From: Octopus vulgaris
Lineage: Eukaryota
Direction of reading: 5' to 3'
Assembly (NCBI GenBank): GCA_951406725.2
Contig: OX597823.1
Span: 43,896,001 to 43,960,000, forward strand
Length of the DNA: 64,000 nt
Shown here: one piece after another, positions 63,701-64,000 of the stretch
Layout of the letters: each line of letters opens with the position of its first letter
Numbering within the stretch: the stretch's first letter is position 1
Translations under genes and position numbers: made by a program
The notes under the pieces: model-generated
Seen by the model: only the letters and a program-made list of their open reading frames with translations
Told to the model about the DNA's origin: nothing
Database searches by the model: none

Positions 63701-64000
63701 CCAAGTGATCGTATAACATCACAGTGCGTGAATTGTCGGGAGAAAGTGTAGTTAGATTGAAAATTTTCCACACTCAATCAGTCAGTAAGTTTATGTATCC
63801 ATGATATGTGATATAACACTGAAGAGATTTTGCATGAGAACCCGAAAAATATAAGTTTATTTTTCTATCCAATTGATGATTTAACAGATCTTGCAAATAA
63901 AATTTATAACTTTTGTAAATTTGTCGGTGAGTGTGAAACTTCAATAAAACTATCTTTCTTGCAAAGAATATAAGTATTTAGTAGTTTGTCTCCATATCTG

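Overview
AT-rich, repeat-dominated eukaryotic (animal) genomic DNA with no recognisable host protein-coding exon. It is probably intergenic or intronic. The dense (TA)n/(CA)n/(TAA)n/(TACA)n microsatellites and the tRNA-derived SINE families resemble an octopus (coleoid cephalopod) genome; this is inferred from repeat content, not from a database search. Almost all ORFs in the track are microsatellite artefacts. The real coding content is transposon-derived. It includes a full-length IR/DR Tc1 element with an uninterrupted DD34E transposase ORF (47964-49590) and a young 5'-truncated CR1/L2-group LINE (33491-36088). There are also decayed DD36E and DD38E Tc1 elements, two mariner derivatives, a Helitron relic with 23-aa STPR-like repeats, R4/Dong-type, RTE and Tx1/L1 LINE fragments, a Gypsy LTR+PBS+RNase H relic, and two Penelope-like GIY-YIG fragments. 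The most notable observation is a type-I hammerhead-ribozyme fold just 3' of a Penelope GIY-YIG ORF (17892-17989). Several variant hammerhead-like motifs occur in short elements that abut (TA)n tracts, and there are many long fold-back (dsRNA-forming) structures.
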